Positions 10,932-19,441 of a DNA stretch of 64,000 nucleotides are shown piece by piece. The position numbers were made by a program, and so were the translations under genes. The stretch comes from Thermodesulfobacteriota bacterium (GTDB lineage Bacteria; Desulfobacterota; Desulfobacteria; Desulfobacterales; C00003060), in the NCBI GenBank assembly GCA_034189385.1, contig JAXHVD010000020.1, forward strand, positions 1 through 64,000, in the 5' to 3' direction. A model generated the notes under the pieces. That model did not search any database. It was not told where the DNA came from and saw only the letters and a program-made list of their open reading frames with translations. The stretch's first letter is position 1. Each line of letters begins with the position of its first letter.

Positions 10932-11225
10932 GTGAGGAGAGGCAAGGAGAAAGACAACAGACTCCTTTTCGTAATCTCTTTGGCCGTCCTTGTGCTGTGC
11001 GCGGGATGCGGCATAAAGGGACCCCCAAAGGTGCCCCGGGCTCTTGTTCCTCCGCCTCCGATCGCTTTTTGTGAACGCTTTGATACGAGACACGAGGACC
11101 CTAAGCCGATGGAAGTAGACGATGGTCGGGTCGTGTGTCATGTGAAGTTTGGCTTGGGACATTGGCTCACGGGGGATCGAGGCTGGATGCTAGATTCTCG
11201 ATACGCAGGAATGCACAAGGAGTGA
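10932..11225 (+). CDS. Small lipoprotein, LptM/YifL(LppL)-like
   Basis: Basic N-terminus, hydrophobic stretch and lipobox CAG-C followed by GIKGPP; located between argH and lysA. Confidence 0.6.
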   Translation: MRRGKEKDNRLLFVISLAVLVLCAGCGIKGPPKVPRALVPPPPIAFCERFDTRHEDPKPMEVDDGRVVCHVKFGLGHWLTGDRGWMLDSRYAGMHKE

Positions 11226-11272
11226 AATCAAAAAGCTTCCGGTATCCAGGACAGTATCTAGGATCAGCCAAT
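11161..11272. repeat. Inverted pair of 7-bp-period arrays forming a long imperfect hairpin
   Basis: Outer stem attggct/agccaat; left ctggatg-ctagatt-ctcgata, right tatccag...tatctag. Confidence 0.55.
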
Positions 11273-11360
11273 CCTGGCAACGGTTTTCATGGCAAAGCCG
11301 TAGATTGCCCATAACCTTCTATGTAAGTGCAAAGGCTACTAAGGATCGAACGAGCTGACG

Positions 11361-12614
11361 ATGCATCATTTTCACTATAAGAAGAAACAGATGTACTGCG
11401 AGGATGTCCCCATTTCTGAGATTGCCCAAGAGGTGGGCACACCGTTTTATTGCTACAGCCATGCCACGCTACGGCACCATTTTCTCACCTTTGAAAGGGC
11501 CTTTGAGGGCGTGCGGCACCTGGTCTGCTTTTCTGCCAAGTCGAATTCGAATCTTGCCGTGTTGGGACTTTTTGCAAGCTTAGGGGGTGGTCTGGATATT
11601 GTTTCAGGGGGTGAGCTTTTTCGTGGCCTAAAGGCAGGCATTCCCCCTAAGAAGATTGTCTTCTCTGGGGTAGGAAAGGGTGAGGAGGAAATCCAGTACG
11701 CCCTGGAGTCCGACATCCTCATGTTCAATGTGGAATCCTTTCAGGAGTTGTCACTCATAGACCAATGTGCCGCAAGATTAAACAAAAGGGCACCGGTGGC
11801 GTTGCGTGTGAATCCCGATGTGGATCCCAAGACCCATCCCTATATCTCCACCGGGTTGAAAAAAAACAAGTTTGGTTTAAACGTAGGCGCAGTAGTGGAG
11901 GCCTACAAGACCGCCCATGATTGTGCCAATATAGACATTATCGGGATCAGTTGCCATATAGGCTCCCAGGTTACGGAGGTGGCCCCTTTTATAGACGCCT
12001 TATTGCGTATCAAAGAACTGCTTGCCACACTGGGGGCCCTAGGTATCTCCATCTCCTATCTGGACCTAGGTGGGGGCCTTGGCATTACCTACGATCAAGA
12101 GGCACCCCCCCATCCCACAGAATATGGCAAGGCCATCATTGAGACCTTGGGCCAGACACCTGTTACCCTTATCTTGGAACCCGGCCGCGTCATTGCAGGC
12201 AATGCAGGCATCCTGGTGACAGGGGTACTCTATACGAAGGCGGGTGAAGAGAAGGATTTTGTGATCGTAGACGCTGCCATGAACGACCTGGTACGACCGT
12301 CTCTTTATGACGCCTACCATGCCATCCAACCGGTAGCAAAAGATCAGGAGGGGAGCCACAGGGCCGACGTGGTGGGACCGATTTGTGAAAGCGGCGATTT
12401 TCTCGCCCGGGATCGCCAGATCGCCCACGTCCAATCAGGGGACCTGCTGGCCGTCATGAGCGCAGGCGCTTACGGATTTACCATGTCTTCCAACTACAAT
12501 TCCAGGCGGCGCGTTGCCGAGGTCATGGTTCAGGGGGGCCAGTTCTTTGTAGTGAGAAAACGCGAATCCTATGACGACCTCATAAGGGGCGAATCCATTC
12601 CGCCTTTTGTGTGA
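11361..12614 (+). CDS. lysA: Diaminopimelate decarboxylase
   Basis: SAKSN, HIGSQ, EPGR, GPICESGD, GAYG..MSSNYN. Confidence 0.98.
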   Translation: MHHFHYKKKQMYCEDVPISEIAQEVGTPFYCYSHATLRHHFLTFERAFEGVRHLVCFSAKSNSNLAVLGLFASLGGGLDIVSGGELFRGLKAGIPPKKIVFSGVGKGEEEIQYALESDILMFNVESFQELSLIDQCAARLNKRAPVALRVNPDVDPKTHPYISTGLKKNKFGLNVGAVVEAYKTAHDCANIDIIGISCHIGSQVTEVAPFIDALLRIKELLATLGALGISISYLDLGGGLGITYDQEAPPHPTEYGKAIIETLGQTPVTLILEPGRVIAGNAGILVTGVLYTKAGEEKDFVIVDAAMNDLVRPSLYDAYHAIQPVAKDQEGSHRADVVGPICESGDFLARDRQIAHVQSGDLLAVMSAGAYGFTMSSNYNSRRRVAEVMVQGGQFFVVRKRESYDDLIRGESIPPFV

Positions 12615-12646
12615 AGACAGGGGAACGGATGGTCTATTCCAGGCAT

Positions 12647-12696
12647 GGTGAAGAGTGGCGGGTGACGAGTGACAAGTTGACTGGAGACGAGAGGCG
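12647..12696. repeat. 7-bp-period tandem array (consensus RGTGACG, about 7 units)
   Basis: ggtgaag agtggcg ggtgacg agtgaca agttgact ggagacg agaggcg. Confidence 0.65.
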
Positions 12697-12720
12697 TCCG
12701 GGTAGTACGGAGCAGAGATC

Positions 12721-13551
12721 ATGACAGAGACGGATATATCTTTTTTTAAGATGAGCGGTAGCGGAAACGATTTTATCATCGTGGACAACCGTGACCGCGT
12801 TGTCAGAGAAGAGAACTTGGGTCCATGGGTTGCGTCTGTCTGCAGGAGGAAGCACTCCGTAGGGGCTGACGGACTTATCCTTATTGAAAGGGCAGACGAG
12901 GCGGATTTCAAGTGGCGCTATTTTAATGCAGACGGCGGTGAAGTGGAGATGTGCGGAAATGGGGGTCGTTGTGCGGCCAGGTTTGCCCTTCTTAAGGGGA
13001 TAGCCGGGCCCAGGCTCAGATTTGAGACTATGGCCGGCGTGATTCAGGCCGAAGTCACAGGAGAGCGGGTGAAGTTAGAGATGCCTGAGCCCTCTGCGGC
13101 CCAGCTAGATTATCCCCTGGAAGTGGAAGGCGAGACCTTCACAGTGAGCAGCATCACCGTGGGCGTCCCCCATGTGGTGACCTGGGTAGAAAACCTGGAG
13201 ACCGCCCCAGTTGTGAGGCTGGGAAGGGCCATCCGGTGTCACGAGAAGTATCTGCCGGCAGGAACGAATGCGAACTTTGTGCAGTCGTTAGATGACGGTA
13301 CCCTTGCCATCCGCACCTATGAACGGGGCGTGGAGGACGAGACCCTTGCCTGCGGGACCGGCTCGGCCGCTTCTGCCCTGATTGCCGCTTCAAAGGGGAT
13401 GGTCACCTCCCCCGGAGACCTTCACACAAGGGGAGGCGAGCTTCTAAGGATCTATTTTGAAAAAAAGGGGCATGGCTTTGGCCATGTCTTCTTGGAAGGA
13501 GACGCAAAGGTTATTTACGAAGGCCGGCTCTGGAAGGAAGCGGTTTCATAG
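12721..13551 (+). CDS. dapF: Diaminopimelate epimerase
   Basis: GSGNDF, EMCGNG, ERGVEDETLACGTG. Confidence 0.97.
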   Translation: MTETDISFFKMSGSGNDFIIVDNRDRVVREENLGPWVASVCRRKHSVGADGLILIERADEADFKWRYFNADGGEVEMCGNGGRCAARFALLKGIAGPRLRFETMAGVIQAEVTGERVKLEMPEPSAAQLDYPLEVEGETFTVSSITVGVPHVVTWVENLETAPVVRLGRAIRCHEKYLPAGTNANFVQSLDDGTLAIRTYERGVEDETLACGTGSAASALIAASKGMVTSPGDLHTRGGELLRIYFEKKGHGFGHVFLEGDAKVIYEGRLWKEAVS

Positions 13552-13588
13552 ACAGCCAACAACAAATGACGAACAGTGGAGGACAGCA

Positions 13589-14755
13589 GTGACGATCGAG
13601 AAATCTGAGAGACTAAAATGCCTTCCCCCATATCTTTTCAAGGAGATTGATCGCCAAAAAGAAGAGGTCCGTGCCAAGGGCGTGGACATCATCGATCTGG
13701 GTGTGGGGGATCCTGATCTTCCCACGCCCCCTCATATTATTGAAGCCTTAAAGGTGGCTGCGGCAGATCCTGCCAATCACCAATATCCCTCCTATTCGGG
13801 GATGGATGCCTTCAATAGGACGGCGGCAGCATGGTATAAGGGCCGATTTGACGTAGATCTCAATTCCAGCAATGAGGTCGTCACACTCATCGGCTCCAAA
13901 GAGGGGATTGCCCATCTCCCCTTGGCCTTTATCAATCCGGGAGATATGGCCCTCGTGGCCAGTCCTGGCTATCCTGTGTATCATATTGGGACCCAGTTTG
14001 CAGGGGGGGAACCTTATTTTATGGACCTGTTGAAAGAGAACGGGTTTTTGCCCGATCTTTCAGCCATTCCCACAGACGTGGCCAGAAGAGCTAAGGTCAT
14101 GTTCATCAATTATCCCAACAACCCCACAGCCGCCGTGGCTGACAGGGCCTTTTTTGAATCAGTCATTGCCTTTGCCAAGGAGCATGAGGTGATCGTGTGC
14201 CACGACGCCGCCTATTCGGAAATGGCCTATGACGATTACAGGCCCATGAGTTTTCTAGAGGTGGACGGCGCCAAGTCTGTTGGGATCGAGTTTCATTCGC
14301 TGTCCAAGACATACAATATGACGGGCTGGCGGATCGGCTTTGCTGTGGGCAATCATGAGGTCCTAAGAGGTTTGGGGCAAGTGAAAAGCAATATCGATTC
14401 CGGGGCATTTCAGGCCATCCAGATAGCAGGGATGGCAGCCCTGGAGGGGGACCAGGGGTGTGTGGAGGAGATGCGGCACATCTATCAGGAGCGACGAGAT
14501 ATCCTGGTAGACGGTCTGCGAGGTTTGGGTTTTTTCGTGGAAAAGCCCCGTGCCACCTTCTACGTTTGGATGGAGGTGCCAGAGGGATACACATCGGCCG
14601 GCATGACAAGCCGGCTTCTAACAGAGGCCGGCATCGTGACCACCCCTGGAAACGGGTTTGGCGCAGCCGGCGAAGGATACGTGAGAATGGCCCTTACTGT
14701 GACCGCCAAGCGGCTGCGAGAGACAGTAGAACGGATCCAGTCCATTGGATTGTAG
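13589..14755 (+). CDS. dapL: LL-diaminopimelate aminotransferase
   Basis: Class I/II aminotransferase (LPPYLF, NYPNNPT, SLSKTYNMTGWRIG); GTG start after GGAGGA; follows lysA-dapF. Confidence 0.85.
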   Translation: MTIEKSERLKCLPPYLFKEIDRQKEEVRAKGVDIIDLGVGDPDLPTPPHIIEALKVAAADPANHQYPSYSGMDAFNRTAAAWYKGRFDVDLNSSNEVVTLIGSKEGIAHLPLAFINPGDMALVASPGYPVYHIGTQFAGGEPYFMDLLKENGFLPDLSAIPTDVARRAKVMFINYPNNPTAAVADRAFFESVIAFAKEHEVIVCHDAAYSEMAYDDYRPMSFLEVDGAKSVGIEFHSLSKTYNMTGWRIGFAVGNHEVLRGLGQVKSNIDSGAFQAIQIAGMAALEGDQGCVEEMRHIYQERRDILVDGLRGLGFFVEKPRATFYVWMEVPEGYTSAGMTSRLLTEAGIVTTPGNGFGAAGEGYVRMALTVTAKRLRETVERIQSIGL

Positions 14756-15245
14756 GCATCGGGCATACATTGGCGTGGGGTCCAATCTGGGCAACAGGGT
14801 GGAGAATTGCCGCGAGGCCATAGAGGCGGTTTCGGGCTGCAAGGATTGCGTGCTGGAGGCCCAATCCCCTTTCTATGAGACGGAACCGGTCTACCTGGAA
14901 GATCAGGATTGGTTCATCAACGCCGCGGCCCTGATTCGCACCTGTCTTGAGCCCGAAGCCTTTCTGGCCCGACTTCAGGCCATTGAACAGAGGATGGGCC
15001 CAAGAGTTGACAGCCCTAGATTTGGCCCCAGGGTCTTAGACCTGGATATCCTGTTTTTTGATGATCTTGTACTGCAGGGAAGCGAGCTGTCGGTGCCCCA
15101 TCCAAGACTGCACGAAAGGCGTTTTGTGTTGAAGCCTCTTTCAGATATTGCGGCCCGATTTGTGCATCCGGTTTTGGGAGAAACCGTAGGATCTTTGTTG
15201 GCGAGCCTGAAGGATGGTCAAAAGAGGGTTCTATTGTTGAAATGA
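14745..15245 (+). CDS. folK: 6-hydroxymethyl-7,8-dihydropterin pyrophosphokinase (HPPK)
   Basis: GVGSNLG, GPRVLDLDIL, PHPRLHERRFVL. Confidence 0.96.
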   Translation: MDCRHRAYIGVGSNLGNRVENCREAIEAVSGCKDCVLEAQSPFYETEPVYLEDQDWFINAAALIRTCLEPEAFLARLQAIEQRMGPRVDSPRFGPRVLDLDILFFDDLVLQGSELSVPHPRLHERRFVLKPLSDIAARFVHPVLGETVGSLLASLKDGQKRVLLLK

Positions 15246-15508
15246 GGCTCCTTATACTAGGCATTTTGATCTACGTAGTCTATCGGGCGCTCAAGGCCTT
15301 GGTGCTTCCTGAGAAGCCGTCGGTCAGGTCCGAAAGGCAGCCGCCATCTGCTGAAGTGGATGACGTGATGGTCAAAGACCCCCTTTGTGGGACCTATTTC
15401 CCTGCAAGAAAGGCCATCAAAAAGGTCATCAAGGGGGAGACCCTCTATTTTTGCAGCAAGGATTGCCTGGACCGGTATCTGGAACAGGTGAAGGAGTCGA
15501 GGGGCTGA
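15242..15508 (+). CDS. Membrane-anchored YHS/TRASH metal-binding domain protein
   Basis: N-terminal TM helix; DPLCGTY...YFCSKDC. Confidence 0.8.
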   Translation: MRLLILGILIYVVYRALKALVLPEKPSVRSERQPPSAEVDDVMVKDPLCGTYFPARKAIKKVIKGETLYFCSKDCLDRYLEQVKESRG

Positions 15509-15514
15509 GAGGCC

Positions 15515-15604
15515 GATGGGTCAAATGGTTGAATCGTCGATGGGTTACATGGTCAAGTCGGTGGCTCTCGGACAACCATTTGACTATTCAACTAGTTAAC
15601 CAAT
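15515..15604. repeat. Inverted pair of 8-bp-period arrays
   Basis: Left gatgggtc aaatggtt gaatcgtc gatgggtt acatggtc; right aaccattt gactattc aactagtt aaccaat (reverse-complement units). Confidence 0.7.
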
Positions 15605-16210
15605 ATGCTAAGAAATACGCGAAGGATGACATACAATAGGACATATGGGCTCCTGGCGTTCTGGGTGTGTCTTTGTGGGCTCATCCAGGTGGTGGTGCCT
15701 TGGTGCACATGGGCTGATATCTACCGGTATGTAGACAGCCAGGGGAGCCTTCATTTCTCCAACGTCCCCACCAGCCCAGGCTACCGGCTTTATATAGATG
15801 AGAATCAGAAGGGATCGGTCCATCGGTCCTTGAACCGGTATGATTCCTACATCTTAGAGGCTTCACAGAGGTACGGAGTGCCCTTTTCTCTCATAAAGGC
15901 CATCATTCAGGCAGAGTCTGATTTTGACCCCTATGCCGTCTCAGACGCCGGAGCGCGCGGGTTGATGCAGATTATGCCGGGGACGGCAAGGGATGTGGGG
16001 GTAACCGATGCCTTTGATCCCAGAGATAACATCCTTGGTGGGGTACGCTACTTCACCGCGCTCCTGAGCCGCTTTGACGGTAATGTGCCTCTGGCTCTTG
16101 CGGCCTACAATGCCGGCCCTACCAAAGTGGCTTCCCTTGGTAGAATGCCTAGGATCAAAGAGACGAGACGGTTTGTAGATAGAGTGATGGAATACTCCGG
16201 TACTTACTGA
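15605..16210 (+). CDS. Lytic transglycosylase (DUF4124-like + SLT domain); start could be 15626
   Basis: IYRYVDSQG..HFSNVP, IQAES, GLMQ, AAYNAG. Confidence 0.9.
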   Translation: MLRNTRRMTYNRTYGLLAFWVCLCGLIQVVVPWCTWADIYRYVDSQGSLHFSNVPTSPGYRLYIDENQKGSVHRSLNRYDSYILEASQRYGVPFSLIKAIIQAESDFDPYAVSDAGARGLMQIMPGTARDVGVTDAFDPRDNILGGVRYFTALLSRFDGNVPLALAAYNAGPTKVASLGRMPRIKETRRFVDRVMEYSGTY

Positions 16211-16365
16211 TGGGGATCGGCCCTGTGTTCATAGAGACTCTGCGCGGGCAAGTAACATCTTCACTAGGTTTATCAGTCAGTTGAGTTTTTATATCAGGGA
16301 TGCCTGCGCTGTGGCCAGAAGACCCTTTCCAGGTCTCTTGATGGTAGGAGCGGGGTACTTTTTTG

Positions 16366-16394
16366 TTGACAAAAAAGGAAAAAGGCATTTGAAT
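16366..16394 (+). promoter_or_regulatory. sigma70 promoter of the tRNA pair
   Basis: TTGACA-N17-TTGAAT just upstream of tRNA-Gly. Confidence 0.55.
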
Positions 16395-16406
16395 CTTGTG
16401 TGAAGG

Positions 16407-16481
<75 letters not shown>

Positions 16482-16491
16482 GCTTTTCCCA

Positions 16492-16566
16492 GGCGGCATA
16501 GCCAAGTGGTAAGGCAGCGGTCTGCAAAACCGTTATACACCGGTTCAAATCCGGTTGCCGCCTCCA
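16492..16566 (+). tRNA. tRNA-Cys (GCA)
   Basis: GGCGGCA/TGCCGCC acceptor stem, CTGCAAA anticodon loop, T-arm, U73, encoded CCA. Confidence 0.98.
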
Positions 16567-16575
16567 GGTGATATC

Positions 16576-16622
16576 AACGGCTTGTAGGTCATGTGAAAAA
16601 CCTACAGGCCGTTTGTGTGTTT
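16576..16622 (+). terminator. Intrinsic terminator after the tRNAs
   Basis: aacggcttgtagg/cctacaggccgtt stem followed by a T-rich tail. Confidence 0.65.
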
Positions 16623-16822
16623 AGGCCTTGTCTGCTCTCTCTGATGCCCAGGGGCCGCCTAAGGTGCCAATAGCCGTTCGCGGTCCTGAGAGATGCGGGA
16701 TCTGGGGGACGTGCGGCGTTCAAGTGCCCACGGCCCAATAGGGATTGACAATGGCCCATCCTTCGCCTATCATTAACAATTGTATCAGACTCAGGCTTCT
16801 TTTTTCCTCTTTAGAGACGGGT

Positions 16823-17056
16823 ATGTTTGCCATGGCCTTTGACCAGAAGAAGGTCCAGACTCTATGGGCCATCGCAGTAACGGCAATGGGGGTGCTCCTT
16901 TGTGTCAAGACGCCCTATGCCCTTCGCCATACATCTGATACTTCCTTTCTCAGCTTTGCCCGGTATTTTATTGCCGCCTTGCTCATTTTGGGGGGAGTGA
17001 AGAGACTGTATTCGCTCTATCTTTCCAAGCACGAAAAGTCGTCCCATGAGGAGTAG
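16823..17056 (+). CDS. Small two-TM hypothetical membrane protein
   Basis: Two hydrophobic segments; directly upstream of the GAF-ATPase; start uncertain (16823/16832). Confidence 0.6.
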   Translation: MFAMAFDQKKVQTLWAIAVTAMGVLLCVKTPYALRHTSDTSFLSFARYFIAALLILGGVKRLYSLYLSKHEKSSHEE

Positions 17057-17096
17057 ACTCCAGGAGATAAGTTGTTTTTTGGAGGATTAGATCACC

Positions 17097-19412
17097 ATGG
17101 TAGTCCTGAAAATGCCAAAGAAACAGGCGACTGGCGGCCAGAAGGAAAACGGGCCTGCCCTGAAGCAGGACGTACAATATCGTGAGCAGCTGTGGGAGAT
17201 TACCAACCGGATTCATTCTGCAAGCAACCTTGATGAAATCCTCCTAGATCTTAAAGACGACGTGACCAGTCTGTTTGAGGCAGAGCGGGTCACGGTTTAC
17301 GTGGTAGACGGCATCAAGAAGGAGCTGGTTTCCAGGGTGAAGTCAGGCGATGAGGTAAGTGACATCCGGGTGCCTATCTCTGCGGATAGCCTTTCCGGCT
17401 ATGTGGCCTACAAGGGTGAGTTGATCAACATCGAAGACGTGTATAATCAGGAGCAGCTGTCGGCCGTCGATCCAGACCTCAAATTTGATGCTCAGTGGGA
17501 CAGAAAGTCCGGGTTTCGTACCCGACAAGTGTTGGCTACGCCCATCAGTTTCCAGAAGTATCTCCTTGGGGTGGTTCAGATCATCAACCGCAAGGACGGC
17601 CAACCCTTTGACGAGCGTGATGAAGCAGGAATCCAGGAATTGGCTGAGACCCTGGGGATTGCAGTCTATAATCAGAAGCGGATGGCCAAGGCCCGTCCGG
17701 GCAAGTTTGACTATTTGGTGGAAAACGGGCTCTTGACCCAGAAGGAGCTTGACAAGGCCATTTCAGATGCGCGGCAGACCAGGAAGGACGTTCAGTCCAC
17801 CCTGATCCAGAGTTTCAAGATCACTAGAAAGGATCTTGGCAAGGCGCTGAGCCAGTACTATAAAGTGCCTTTTGTGGAGTATCATGAACAGACGCCGATT
17901 CCGGGTGAACTCCTTACCGGTCTGAAGACGTCGTTCATGAAGAGGAACCACTGGGTTCCTATTAAGAGAGAGGATGATAAGATTGTCGTCGCCGTTGACA
18001 ATCCTTTCCACCTTCAGAAGATAGACATGATCAAGCTCCTGTTTGCCGGCCAGGAGCTGGCCTTTCACGTAGCCCTTCGAGAAGACATCGACAGGTTTCT
18101 CGGCCTGTTTTACCAAAAAGAGAAGGCGCAAAAGGATATTGATGAGATCCTCGGCCAGTTGGCGGTTGAGGAGGAGGAGATTGAGGAAGCGGAAAAGGCT
18201 GTCACTGAGGAGGACAACGCCATTGTGCAGCTGGCCAACAAGATCATCTTGGATGCCTATTCGCGAGGGGCATCAGACATTCACGTAGAACCCTATCCAG
18301 GCAAGAAGAACACTGAAATTCGATTCAGGATAGACGGTGTGTGCCAGCTCTACCAGACAGTGCCCTACAGTTACCGCGGGGCCATTGTGTCGCGCCTCAA
18401 GATCATGTCGGATTTAGACATTGCGGAGCGTCGTAGGCCCCAGGACGGCAAGATCAAGTTCAGAAAATACGGTGGCAAGAACATAGAGCTTCGCGTAGCC
18501 ACCGTTCCCACGGCAGGCGGCTTGGAAGACGTGGTCATGCGTATCCTCCATAGCGGCGACCCCCTGCCCCTGGACAAGATCGGTCTTTCCAAGTCAAATT
18601 ATGAACAGTTTCTTAGTCTCGTTACGCAACCCTACGGTCTTATCTTCCTCTGTGGTCCCACAGGTTCGGGCAAGACCACGACCCTTCACTCCGCCTTGGG
18701 ATACATCAACAGGCCGGATATCAAGATATGGACGGCAGAAGACCCTGTGGAGATCACACAGGCGGGTTTGCGGCAGGTTCAGGTCCATCATAAGATAGGT
18801 TTTGATTTCGCCACGGCTATGCGTTCTTTTCTGAGGGCTGATCCTGACGTCATCATGGTCGGTGAGATGCGTGATAAGGAGACGACGCACATCGGCATAG
18901 AGGCCTCACTCACCGGGCACCTTGTCTTTTCCACCCTGCACACCAATAGCGCGCCAGAGAGTATCACAAGACTGCTCGATTTGGGGATGGATCCTTTTAA
19001 TTTCGCCGATGCCATCTTGGGCATTATGGCCCAGCGGCTGGTGCGTACTCTATGCAACAAATGCAAGCAACCGTATCATCCCAGTCAAGCAGAATACGAC
19101 GAACTGGTCAGAGAGTATGGCGCTAATGAGTTTGAGAGGGTGAAGATTCCTTATTCTGATGATCTTACTCTCTATAAAGCTAACGGATGTCCGGAGTGCA
19201 ACAATACAGGATATCGAGGCCGTATGGGCCTTCATGAACTCCTGGTTGGGACGGACGCCATGAAGAAGCTCATCCAGATGAAAGCCACGATGGACGACAT
19301 CAGAGACCAGGCCATCAAGGACGGCATGACCACCCTCAAACAGGATGGTGTAGAGAAAGTGCTTAGAGGGTACACGGATTTGTTGCAGGTGAGAAAGGTT
19401 TGTATGAAGTAG
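17097..19412 (+). CDS. GAF-domain PilB/GspE-family secretion ATPase
   Basis: N-terminal GAF domain; ASDIHVEP, GPTGSGKTTT, TAEDPVE, DPDVIMVGEMRD, STLHTN; CNKC/CPEC Zn motif. Confidence 0.9.
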   Translation: MVVLKMPKKQATGGQKENGPALKQDVQYREQLWEITNRIHSASNLDEILLDLKDDVTSLFEAERVTVYVVDGIKKELVSRVKSGDEVSDIRVPISADSLSGYVAYKGELINIEDVYNQEQLSAVDPDLKFDAQWDRKSGFRTRQVLATPISFQKYLLGVVQIINRKDGQPFDERDEAGIQELAETLGIAVYNQKRMAKARPGKFDYLVENGLLTQKELDKAISDARQTRKDVQSTLIQSFKITRKDLGKALSQYYKVPFVEYHEQTPIPGELLTGLKTSFMKRNHWVPIKREDDKIVVAVDNPFHLQKIDMIKLLFAGQELAFHVALREDIDRFLGLFYQKEKAQKDIDEILGQLAVEEEEIEEAEKAVTEEDNAIVQLANKIILDAYSRGASDIHVEPYPGKKNTEIRFRIDGVCQLYQTVPYSYRGAIVSRLKIMSDLDIAERRRPQDGKIKFRKYGGKNIELRVATVPTAGGLEDVVMRILHSGDPLPLDKIGLSKSNYEQFLSLVTQPYGLIFLCGPTGSGKTTTLHSALGYINRPDIKIWTAEDPVEITQAGLRQVQVHHKIGFDFATAMRSFLRADPDVIMVGEMRDKETTHIGIEASLTGHLVFSTLHTNSAPESITRLLDLGMDPFNFADAILGIMAQRLVRTLCNKCKQPYHPSQAEYDELVREYGANEFERVKIPYSDDLTLYKANGCPECNNTGYRGRMGLHELLVGTDAMKKLIQMKATMDDIRDQAIKDGMTTLKQDGVEKVLRGYTDLLQVRKVCMK

Positions 19413-19441
19413 AACCACTGAATGCGCCTGCCAGTCACCCT

